NCBI GenBank assembly: GCA_016217925.1
Contig: JACRFK010000004.1
Location: 1 to 44,434, forward strand
Direction: 5' to 3'
DNA: 44,434 nt
DNA from: Candidatus Kaiserbacteria bacterium
Lineage (GTDB): Bacteria > Patescibacteriota > Minisyncoccia > Phycocordibacterales > UBA2100
Position numbers and translations under genes: made by a program. The notes below the pieces were generated by a model. The model searched no databases and was not told the origin of the DNA. It saw only the letters and a list, made by a program, of their open reading frames with translations. Positions 28,529 through 36,954 of the stretch are shown one piece after another (within the stretch, counting starts at the first letter, position 1; every line of letters begins with the position of its first letter).

Positions 28529-29095
28529 ATGTCCATGCTTGCATATAACGAAGTGCTTCCGAAAAAACTGGTTATCGTCGACGGCGAGCCATACGAAGTG
28601 CTTTCTGCATGGGTATTTCGCAAGCAGCAGCGCAAGCCCGTCAATCAGGTAAAGCTCCGCAATTTGAAGACCGGCTCGATGGCCGAACAGACGTTCCACG
28701 TATCCGACAAAGTGGAGGAAGCCGAAGTCGAGTCGCGTCCCGCCATTTTCATATACGAACGCAACGGCGAGTGGTTCTTCCACGAGGCAAGTGACAAATC
28801 AAAACGATTTGCGCTCGATGCGGACCACATCGGCGACTCCGGAAAGTACCTCAAGGGAAATACGGAGGTCGAGGTGCGATGGTTCGATGAAAAGCCGATA
28901 CAGGTGAAGATCCCGGTCAAGATGGAACTCAAAGTCATTGATGCCCCGCCGAATACCCGCGGCAATACGGCCCAGGGAGGCAGCAAGGTCGTGAAGCTTG
29001 AGACAGGGGCCGTGATGGACGTCCCGATGTTCATCGAAACAGGCGATGTCATCAGAATAAACACCGAGACAGGCGAGTATGTCGAGAGAGTCTAG
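28529..29095 (+). CDS. efp: elongation factor P
   Basis: IVDGEPY, KLRNLKTG, PNTRGNTAQGG, LETGA..VP.FI..GD and INTETGEY.ER. Confidence 0.96.
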   Translation: MSMLAYNEVLPKKLVIVDGEPYEVLSAWVFRKQQRKPVNQVKLRNLKTGSMAEQTFHVSDKVEEAEVESRPAIFIYERNGEWFFHEASDKSKRFALDADHIGDSGKYLKGNTEVEVRWFDEKPIQVKIPVKMELKVIDAPPNTRGNTAQGGSKVVKLETGAVMDVPMFIETGDVIRINTETGEYVERV

Positions 29096-29124
29096 GGGAG
29101 AGTACGCCTGCCCCTAAAGGACTG

Positions 29125-29194
29125 CGATTTGTCGTCGCGCTATGCGCGAACAAATCGGGAGCCCGTAGCCTGCGCGGAGCGCTATGCTACCGGG
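29125..29194. repeat. two adjacent hairpins after efp
   Basis: 29125-29157 CGATTTGT..ACAAATCG and 29162-29194 CCCGTAGC..GCTACCGGG; both contain GCGCTATGC. Confidence 0.5.
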
Positions 29195-29236
29195 GTCGAG
29201 CGGGTCTAAATCACTGCTCAGGCTATAATGGCCACC

Positions 29237-30133
29237 ATGCCGGTAAGTATCGTGGCGGAAGGCGGCTCAATGCGCGCGGCGTACGCCGTCGGAGCGGTGA
29301 ACGCGCTTTTTTCTCACTACGGCCTCAAACGGGTCGACGTCGTTACGGGTACCTCGGGCTCGGCTCCTGCAATGGCATTTTACGCTGCCGGCTCCTTCCC
29401 TTCCTGCTACAACGCATGGCGCGGGGAGGTCCCTTCTCCGCGACTTTTGGGTTTCTCGAACATCCTGCACCGGCGACCGTACTTTGATATTGATTATCTC
29501 GTGGACGTCATTGTGCGTGAACGCGCAGGACTGGACGTCACAGCCCTAAAACGCTCCCCGGTGCGGCTTGTCTTACCTGTTACTTCTTACCGCACCGGTC
29601 ACATAGAATATGTAGATTTCAATACATCGAACCTCAACGTATTCGACGTGATGAGAGCCGCGATGAGCATTCCTATCGCCTACAACAAAACCGTCCGGCT
29701 CGACGACGACACCTACTTCGACAGTCACCTCGGAGACCCGCTCTGCCTCGACAACCCGTACATTGCGGGTACGAGAAAGATAATCATCCTCACATATCCC
29801 CTCGACTATGTGTGGTCGCGCAGGAAAAGGATGCAGACCCGTCTGTTCCGTCCTCTCATCAGCTCCGTCGTGTACCGCGCGCTTTTGGCATCGTTTGATA
29901 AGCGGGCGGAGGCAATGCGGCGATGCCATGAATGCATGCAAACCGGGGATGTGATAATCGCGCCGGTGAAGTTGGAGGGGCGACCGCTCGATAACAGTCG
30001 ACAAAATATAGATTTCCTCATCCGGCAGGGATACGAAGACGCAGTCCAAAATCTCCATCTTCAGGGTTTAATCGGTACGATGCGGACGTCGCCGAGGGCC
30101 GACTTCTATTTCCCGCCCCCAACAACCGTATGA
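29237..30133 (+). CDS. patatin-like phospholipase 1
   Basis: AEGGSMRAAY oxyanion loop, GTSGS nucleophile and RAAMSIP..YN....D..Y.D. Start 7 nt after TATAAT. Confidence 0.82.
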   Translation: MPVSIVAEGGSMRAAYAVGAVNALFSHYGLKRVDVVTGTSGSAPAMAFYAAGSFPSCYNAWRGEVPSPRLLGFSNILHRRPYFDIDYLVDVIVRERAGLDVTALKRSPVRLVLPVTSYRTGHIEYVDFNTSNLNVFDVMRAAMSIPIAYNKTVRLDDDTYFDSHLGDPLCLDNPYIAGTRKIIILTYPLDYVWSRRKRMQTRLFRPLISSVVYRALLASFDKRAEAMRRCHECMQTGDVIIAPVKLEGRPLDNSRQNIDFLIRQGYEDAVQNLHLQGLIGTMRTSPRADFYFPPPTTV

Positions 30134-31059
30134 ATATCAGCATCGTAGCAGAGGGTGGAGGTGTCCGTGGCGCGTATGTGTGTGGGGTTATGTGCGCCCT
30201 GTGGATGGAATACGGCTTGCGGCGGGTAGACGTCGCTACGGGGACATCTGCCTCTGCCGGCACGCTCGCCTACTTTACCGCAGGCCACGGACACCGCGAT
30301 GCCTGGGATGTATGGACCAAGGAGGTCGCCTCTCCGGAATTTATCAGCGTGCGTAATCTACTTCGTCTACGCCCGTTGATGGACCTCGATCATCTCATCG
30401 ACGTCGTATTCAGATACCGTTACCCGCTTGATGTCGCCGCAATAAAGAGATCCTCGATGCGATTATTTATTCCGGTCGAATCAGTCACCACCGGCAAGAT
30501 TGAATACATAGATGCACAGCGTTCTCCGTACGATGTCTTCGAAATATTAAAGGCGTCCAGTGCCGCCCCGATTGCGTACAATAAAACAATTGCACTCGGC
30601 GGAGACCGTTACTGCGACCCCTATTTCAACGAGGCTGTCCCACTCGGTGCCCCCGCCCTGGCCAGAACAAAAAAAATAATCATACTCGCCAAACCCCGTA
30701 CCCACGAACTCGCTGTCGAGAGCAACGTTGCCATACATCTCGGCAGACCTTTTATTTCCTCCGCGGTTTATCGCACGATGCTTCACTCCGGCAAGCACCG
30801 GAATGCGCTTATGGAACAGTGTAAAACGCTCGAAGAAGAGGGGCATATCGTTATCGCCCCCGAACATCTCTACGGTAGCGCATTAGGTAACCGACCGGAA
30901 TCCCTTCGATACATGATCCGGCGGGGCTATCAGGATGCCGTCGCACACGGACCACTGCGAGCACTTGTGGAAGATCTGTGTCGCTCACCAAAAAGGAGTG
31001 CTTACTTCGATAGTGATAATCTCGCTCCTATCCGGCCGAGTTTTATGGACACCGTATGA
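30130..31059 (+). CDS. patatin-like phospholipase 2 (tandem paralog)
   Basis: AEGGGVRGAY, GTSAS and KASSAAP..YN....GG..YCD; overlaps the upstream stop (ATGA). Confidence 0.85.
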   Translation: MNISIVAEGGGVRGAYVCGVMCALWMEYGLRRVDVATGTSASAGTLAYFTAGHGHRDAWDVWTKEVASPEFISVRNLLRLRPLMDLDHLIDVVFRYRYPLDVAAIKRSSMRLFIPVESVTTGKIEYIDAQRSPYDVFEILKASSAAPIAYNKTIALGGDRYCDPYFNEAVPLGAPALARTKKIIILAKPRTHELAVESNVAIHLGRPFISSAVYRTMLHSGKHRNALMEQCKTLEEEGHIVIAPEHLYGSALGNRPESLRYMIRRGYQDAVAHGPLRALVEDLCRSPKRSAYFDSDNLAPIRPSFMDTV

Positions 31060-31358
31060 ACATCGGCATCGACATCGTCCGTATTTCACGCGTTGAAGAA
31101 CTGCTGCGCGACCCGGTGCGCGCGGGAGAGGTGTTCGCGCCTGAGGAAATGACCGCGGATGTACAGACGATGGCCGGGCGGTTTGCCGCGAAAGAAGCGT
31201 ATTTCAAGGCGGCCGGTGAAAAACGCGATTGGAAATCGGTCCTGGTATTGAAACACGAAGGGGGGATGCCGTATCTCGTGTGCCCCGAGGAAAACAGAGC
31301 TAAAGTGAGCATCAGCCATGACGGCGAGTATGCAACTGCTATAGTTCTTATCGAATAG
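31056..31358 (+). CDS. acpS: holo-[acyl-carrier-protein] synthase
   Basis: IGIDIV, AGRFAAKEA..KA and SISHD..YA.A.V. Confidence 0.93.
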   Translation: MNIGIDIVRISRVEELLRDPVRAGEVFAPEEMTADVQTMAGRFAAKEAYFKAAGEKRDWKSVLVLKHEGGMPYLVCPEENRAKVSISHDGEYATAIVLIE

Positions 31359-31359
31359 T

Positions 31360-33852
31360 ATGAAAACCGAGTTACGGACCATCACCGACCTTATTGAGTC
31401 GTTTGACGCAAGACGCGGCGACGCAATCATATACAAGAACGGCTTCAGGACCTTCCGCTATTCATATCCCCAACTCGCCTCTCTCGTCCGTAAGTGTGCG
31501 TCGCTGTACCAAAAACACGGGATACAGGCCGGGGACAAAATCGCGCTCTGGGGACCGAATCGTCCCGAGTGGGTCATTGCACATTTGGGTGCCGTATATT
31601 GCGGCGCGGTAGCGGTCCCGATAGACATACAAGCTCTTCCCGAGGCAGCCGCAAAAATCGTGCAGCATTCAGAGGTGCGACTCATTGTCAAATCCGCGCT
31701 GCGCAAGCCGTATCTCACCGAAGTCCCGACCATTATCTTGGACGACTTGGAATTCGACCTCGACCTTCCGGAAGCCGGCCCCCGGGAAGCGCGCGAGGAT
31801 GAGCCCCTGGATATCGTTTACACATCCGGAACGACCGGCGACCCCAAGGGAGTCGTGCTCACGCACGGCAATATCATGTCAAACGTGCGCGGTATCATCG
31901 AACATCTCCGGGTGGACGAACGGGACTCCATCCTGTCGTTGCTCCCGATAAGTCACATGCTCGGACAAACGTGCGGAGTGCTTGCTCCTCTTGCAGCCGG
32001 AATGTCCGTCGTCTTCTTGGGCTCGATGACCGCGGGCGCGATGTTCGCGGCATTCCGGCAGGAACGCATCACCATCGTGCTCGCGGTACCGCGGATACTC
32101 CAAGGAATACGCTCTGGTGTTGAATCGAAGCTGCAAAGCAGCGGAATCGGGCGTATGCTCTCCCGGCTATCAGTGCGGACCGCAGGCGCACCCCGGACCG
32201 TGAAAAAAATATGTTTCTTCCTCATACATCGTCCCTTCGGTTCTTCACTCCGCTTTTTTGTTTCCGGAGGAGCCGCTATTGACGCCGCGACGGTCTCTTT
32301 TGCGGACCGGTTCGGTTTCAAAATACTCCAGGGATACGGTCTCACCGAATGCTCGCCCATTCTGACCGCTGAACGCGAATCGGAAGCGGGAGGCAAAAGC
32401 GCAGGAGTTGTTATCAGAGATGTGGAGCTCCGCATTGCGCCGGACGGGGAAATCCTCGCCCGCGGGCCGAATATATTCACTGAATACTATAAGGACCCGG
32501 ATCGCACCGCAGAGACTTTCAGAGAAGGCTGGTTCCTGACGGGAGATTTCGGAGAGCTTGATGCCGGCGGACATTTGTCTATTAAGGGCCGGAAGAAGGA
32601 GACCATCGTGACTCCGGCGGGAGTAAATGTATATCCGGACGACGTCGAGCCTATTCTGAACGCCGTGCCCGGCGTGAAGGAATCGTGCGTAGTGGGTATA
32701 CAACGCGACGACGGTGAGGAAGTACACGCCGTCGTTATCCCCTCGGACCCGGCGGTCCCGGCATCCGAGATTATGCACGCCGCAAACGGCCGCCTGAACT
32801 CGAGCCAGCACATCCAGTCGCTGTCATTTTGGACCGGTCCCGAATTCCCCAAGACGACGACACTGAAAATTAAACGCGGGCTTGTTCGTGAAAGTGTCAG
32901 AGAGGCGAGAAAAGGTCATGTCGCAGCCGCCGTCGCACCATCGAAGCTGCGAGGCCTGATATCCCAAGTGACACGGGTGCCGGTGGAGGAGATTGCGGAG
33001 AATTCTCGCCTGTATGCCGACCTGAAGCTTGACTCAATCGGGCGTATCGAGCTTTCTTCGCTCATAACCCAGGAGTACTTCTTTGATTTTGAGGAGGACC
33101 ACATCACCGAAACGACGAACGTCGGAAACCTCGAACGCATCGTCGCATCGCGCGCAAAACTAAACTCGTATTTTAACTTCCCCGGGTGGCCGCACTGGCG
33201 GATCATGGCCATCGCACGCTTCCTGGGGATGGAGCTGATTAACGCTAACATTGCACGCTTCTTTATCCGGGAAACCATCCGCGGCAAGGAAAATCTGCGC
33301 GGACTGCACGGCCCCGTCATTTTCGCCGCCAATCACGTGAGCTTCGGCGACCATGCCCTTATATTTCGAGCCCTGCCGTATCGTTATCGCTACATGTTCG
33401 CTTCCCCCGCATTCGCCGAATTCTTTTTCTTGGACAAGAGCAGACCCCCCTGGGAACGCGCGTGGAAAAAGTTCTCGTATTATTACGGGGCAGCAACTAT
33501 GGCGCTTTTCCCCACATCGGAGGTCTACAGCTCAAAGCGCGCGCTCGAACACACCGGCGGCCTCATCGACAGCGGTGAAAGTATTCTCATCTTTCCTGAA
33601 GCCGAGCGCACGCGCACGCGTGAAATGCTTCCGTTCAGAAAGGGCACCGCAATATTACTGAAAAACATACGCGTACCGGTCGTCCCTATCGGTCACCGTG
33701 GGATGGAATATATTTATCCGCGCGATGCCGCATTCCCGCACTTCGGAAAGGCGACGGTCAACATCGGAAAACCGATAACGTTCGGGAAGGAGTCAATAGA
33801 GGAAATTACCACCCGACTCCAGGCAGAGATTGAAAAACTCAGACATCTTTAA
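31360..33852 (+). CDS. fusion of long-chain acyl-adenylate ligase, ACP (PP-binding) and PlsC-type acyltransferase
   Basis: YTSGTTGDPKG, GYGLTECSP and TGDFG; DLKLDSIGRIEL Ppant site; ANHVSFGD (HX4D) and IFPEAERT. Confidence 0.9.
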   Translation: MKTELRTITDLIESFDARRGDAIIYKNGFRTFRYSYPQLASLVRKCASLYQKHGIQAGDKIALWGPNRPEWVIAHLGAVYCGAVAVPIDIQALPEAAAKIVQHSEVRLIVKSALRKPYLTEVPTIILDDLEFDLDLPEAGPREAREDEPLDIVYTSGTTGDPKGVVLTHGNIMSNVRGIIEHLRVDERDSILSLLPISHMLGQTCGVLAPLAAGMSVVFLGSMTAGAMFAAFRQERITIVLAVPRILQGIRSGVESKLQSSGIGRMLSRLSVRTAGAPRTVKKICFFLIHRPFGSSLRFFVSGGAAIDAATVSFADRFGFKILQGYGLTECSPILTAERESEAGGKSAGVVIRDVELRIAPDGEILARGPNIFTEYYKDPDRTAETFREGWFLTGDFGELDAGGHLSIKGRKKETIVTPAGVNVYPDDVEPILNAVPGVKESCVVGIQRDDGEEVHAVVIPSDPAVPASEIMHAANGRLNSSQHIQSLSFWTGPEFPKTTTLKIKRGLVRESVREARKGHVAAAVAPSKLRGLISQVTRVPVEEIAENSRLYADLKLDSIGRIELSSLITQEYFFDFEEDHITETTNVGNLERIVASRAKLNSYFNFPGWPHWRIMAIARFLGMELINANIARFFIRETIRGKENLRGLHGPVIFAANHVSFGDHALIFRALPYRYRYMFASPAFAEFFFLDKSRPPWERAWKKFSYYYGAATMALFPTSEVYSSKRALEHTGGLIDSGESILIFPEAERTRTREMLPFRKGTAILLKNIRVPVVPIGHRGMEYIYPRDAAFPHFGKATVNIGKPITFGKESIEEITTRLQAEIEKLRHL

Positions 33853-33874
33853 AATGCATGCTACGCTTCCCGTC

Positions 33875-35005
33875 ATGAAGTCTCGAGAGCGTGCGGCGGC
33901 GTTGCTGGCGCAAGCCGGCATCACTCCCGACGGGAGCAACCCTTGGGACCCGCAGATACATAACGAACATCTCTTTGACCGCCTGTTCGCCGGGGGTACG
34001 CTGGCACTTGGAGAAAGTTATATGGACGGCTGGTGGGATGTGGAGGACTTATCCGGATTTATTTTCCGGCTATTTCGATCTGACAGCGTGCAACAAATGC
34101 TTCGCATAGGCATGGTCCCCCAGATTATTAAGTCGAAACTATTCAACTTACAAAATCGGAGCCGGGCACGGAAAGTCGGGGAGGACGTCTACGACATCGG
34201 CAACGACCTCTACGAGGCTATGCTTGGTCCGAGCATGGCGTACACTTGCGGCTATTGGAAAAACGCGTCGAATTTGGACGAGGCGCAAGACGCCAAGTTT
34301 GATTTCATTTGCCGCAAGCTCGGCCTTAAATCCGGCGACAATATACTCGACATAGGTTGCGGGTGGGGAAACTTCCTCGCATACGCCGCTAGAAAGTACG
34401 GTGTCTCTGGTGTCGGTATTACTATATCGAAAGAGCAAATCACCTTTGCCCGCGAAGTCGTGCGCGGGCTGGATGTTGAGATACGCTTCGAGGACTACCG
34501 CGATACGCTAGGAAAGTTCGACCATATAGTTTCAATCGGCATGTTTGAACACGTCGGACCAAAGAATTACCGCGTATTTATGAAAAAGGTGCGTAGTCTG
34601 CTGTCCGACGACGGCCTATTTTTACTCCATACGATCGGACACAGCAAAGTATCGCGAAGCCTTGAGCGTTGGTTCAACAAGTATATCTTCCCGAACGGTC
34701 ATTTGCCGTCGATAACACACATAGCCAAAGCGACGGACCGGCGAAATCTCTTCGACAAACCCGTCCTGACGATGGAAGACTGGCATAACTTCGGTGCTGA
34801 TTATGACAAGACTTTGACGGCGTGGTACGCCAATTTTGAACATTCGTGGCCGAAATTAAAGGGAAAATATGACGAGCGTTTCTATCGTATGTGGAAATAT
34901 TACCTACTTGTGTCTGCAGGGATGTTCAGAGCCCGATACCTGCATTTGTGGCAAATCGTGTATTCAAAAAATGGCGTCGTGGGAGGATATACATCTATCA
35001 GATAA
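33875..35005 (+). CDS. cfa: cyclopropane-fatty-acyl-phospholipid synthase
   Basis: LGESYMDGWW, YDIGNDLY, MAYTCGYW, LDIGCGWG, SIGMFEHVG and KYIFPNG. Start chosen 7 nt after TG-C-TACGCT. Confidence 0.95.
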   Translation: MKSRERAAALLAQAGITPDGSNPWDPQIHNEHLFDRLFAGGTLALGESYMDGWWDVEDLSGFIFRLFRSDSVQQMLRIGMVPQIIKSKLFNLQNRSRARKVGEDVYDIGNDLYEAMLGPSMAYTCGYWKNASNLDEAQDAKFDFICRKLGLKSGDNILDIGCGWGNFLAYAARKYGVSGVGITISKEQITFAREVVRGLDVEIRFEDYRDTLGKFDHIVSIGMFEHVGPKNYRVFMKKVRSLLSDDGLFLLHTIGHSKVSRSLERWFNKYIFPNGHLPSITHIAKATDRRNLFDKPVLTMEDWHNFGADYDKTLTAWYANFEHSWPKLKGKYDERFYRMWKYYLLVSAGMFRARYLHLWQIVYSKNGVVGGYTSIR

Positions 35006-35037
35006 AGAAAAAACCCTTGTCGGGGATTTTTCTTTTT
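35004..35037. terminator. bidirectional terminator-like hairpin between cfa and rpsR
   Basis: A-run, CCC-TTGTC-GGG, T-run. Confidence 0.5.
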
Positions 35038-35044
35038 CGATAGT

Positions 35045-35245
35045 TTACTTTTGGATGAACGGGAGGAGACCCATGAAGCGCGCGCGCTTTATCGCCGCTT
35101 CCACTGCTCGTTGCTGCTTGGCGGTGAGACCGCTCTTCCCGCGGCCTACGATGCGGCCGTGCGGGTTGATGAATTGCTTCAAGAGGTCCACGTCTTTGTA
35201 GTCAACGTGCTGAATATCATTCTGTGTGAGGATGTTGTTGCTCAT
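35045..35245 (-). CDS. rpsR: 30S ribosomal protein S18
   Basis: [13 protein letters not shown] and [17 protein letters not shown]. Confidence 0.96.
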   Translation of the reverse strand: MSNNILTQNDIQHVDYKDVDLLKQFINPHGRIVGRGKSGLTAKQQRAVEAAIKRARFMGLLPFIQK

Positions 35246-35246
35246 A

Positions 35247-35705
35247 TTAAAATGGGATGTCGTCCGGATTTATATCATCTTTCGGGTAATCAATGCCTGC
35301 TCCTCCACCTGAAGACACATCGTCGGGTGGTGTCTGGTCATCGCCTCCTGCGCCTCCGCTTGTCGAACGGGCGCCTCCGCTACCCTTGGGGCCGAACTGT
35401 ACGCGGTCTGCGACGACTTCGGTGCGGTACTTCTTCTCACCGTCCTTTTCCCAGCTGCGCGTCTGCAAGCGGCCCTCTACATAGACCGAGCTTCCCTTTT
35501 TGAGGTACTGGTTGACGGTGTCTGCTTGGCGACCGAAGACGACGACGTTGTGGAATTCCGTCTGCTCCTGCTTTTTGCCGTCGCGGTCCTTATAGGTGCG
35601 ATTGGTAGCAACGGAAAAGTTGACGACGTTCATGCCGCTTGGCAGCGCCCGGAGCTCGGGATCACGGGTCAAATTACCGAACAGCATCACTTTGTTGATA
35701 TACAT
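35247..35705 (-). CDS. ssb: single-stranded DNA-binding protein
   Basis: [25 protein letters not shown] and C-terminal DDIPF. Confidence 0.97.
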   Translation of the reverse strand: MYINKVMLFGNLTRDPELRALPSGMNVVNFSVATNRTYKDRDGKKQEQTEFHNVVVFGRQADTVNQYLKKGSSVYVEGRLQTRSWEKDGEKKYRTEVVADRVQFGPKGSGGARSTSGGAGGDDQTPPDDVSSGGGAGIDYPKDDINPDDIPF

Positions 35706-35723
35706 ATGAAAACAAGTGTAACA

Positions 35724-36239
35724 CTACTCGGTCGTAATGTCCTGGAGCGCCTTCTCAAGGTCCTCTTCGGAAACGGGGGCTGAGACTTCCTCGACGCGTC
35801 GCGGCGCTTGCTTGATGACATCGGTGCGCTTCACTTCGCGGAGCTGTGGAGCTTTCATCTTGGCACGCGTATCCTCGCGCACCGTTTGGAACAAGAGAAA
35901 GCGGAAAAAACTCTTGTTTTGCTTGAGGAACGCCTCGATGGTCTGCGCTGCCGCGATAGGAGCTTCAAATTTTATCCATCCAAAGTATCCGCGATCGTAT
36001 TCAACGCTCTTTTCTCCTTCACGTAGAGAAATGGGATATGTGAGCTTCATCAAGGATGGTGCACCCTCGGCGATGAAAGAACCGCTCGTCTTCTCGATCG
36101 CCTCGCGAAGAGTGGAGACGACTTTGTCCAAGTCCTCTTCTTTTGTATCAGGATTGATGTGGTAGCCGACTTCGTATATGCGAAGAGCCGTCTCCGGTGC
36201 GTCGGTTTCGTTCATTTCTATCACTGCATCATCTGCCAT
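35724..36239 (-). CDS. rpsF: 30S ribosomal protein S6 with C-terminal extension
   Basis: YEVGYHINP, LTYPI, GYFGW and RFLL; rpsF-ssb-rpsR synteny. Confidence 0.9.
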   Translation of the reverse strand: MADDAVIEMNETDAPETALRIYEVGYHINPDTKEEDLDKVVSTLREAIEKTSGSFIAEGAPSLMKLTYPISLREGEKSVEYDRGYFGWIKFEAPIAAAQTIEAFLKQNKSFFRFLLFQTVREDTRAKMKAPQLREVKRTDVIKQAPRRVEEVSAPVSEEDLEKALQDITTE

Positions 36240-36288
36240 ATGTCCGAAGACTCTATCACAAGCCCCATAGCCCCGCAACAAAAGAATT

Positions 36289-36316
36289 GGCCCCGCGGCG
36301 CTTGCGCGTCGCGGGG
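36289..36316. repeat. GC-rich hairpin upstream of rpsF
   Basis: GCCCCGCGGCGC-TTGC-GCGTCGCGGGGC. Confidence 0.5.
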
Positions 36317-36341
36317 CTTCAAGGACTTTCGGTGTCGGACG

Positions 36342-36881
36342 CTACTGCTTTCCCACCCTGGGAGGCGGCAGTTCGTTCAACAGCAGCAGCGAAACGTCAA
36401 CGCAGTCGACTAAGAATTGCGCCAGGTTGGTCGCAATCATCCGCATAATTGCATCCGATGCGAAGATGCCAATGAGGTCCCGCTCGAATCGCATGACATA
36501 CATGACGCTGCACGTCAGCGTGTCGCCACTTTTGATTGACCACGTCTTGCTGACGCTGCCGCCGTTCGCGTGGACGATATCGAGCACCCGTCGCGCATCG
36601 TCCTCGTTAGCCGAGGTTTCCATGGCGAAAGTGTGCGCGAAGCCTATTGAGCGAGAGGGTTCATCCCACTGCGCGGAGAAATGCGACCCTTTCGGAAGCC
36701 TGCCCTTCATTGCTCGCAGAATTTGTGCCGATCGTTCGTCGAACGTCTGTGCCGGATCGATACTGACGTCACAGGAGTAGAAGCCAGAAAACTTTTGATT
36801 CTCTGTGACCTTTCCGATGATGAAGGGACCGAGCACGCCTTGTTGATTCAGGGCCGATAGCACCACGTCGAGCTTAATCAT
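36342..36881 (-). CDS. hypothetical protein (179 aa)
   Basis: AGGAG SD upstream of the MIKL start; no recognised motif. Confidence 0.6.
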   Translation of the reverse strand: MIKLDVVLSALNQQGVLGPFIIGKVTENQKFSGFYSCDVSIDPAQTFDERSAQILRAMKGRLPKGSHFSAQWDEPSRSIGFAHTFAMETSANEDDARRVLDIVHANGGSVSKTWSIKSGDTLTCSVMYVMRFERDLIGIFASDAIMRMIATNLAQFLVDCVDVSLLLLNELPPPRVGKQ

Positions 36882-36954
36882 GACCTTCTCCTTGTTGGGT
36901 GGTTCCGCAGGTAGAAAGAACGTGTGAGAGTCGAAGAACAGCAAACACTGGTCG

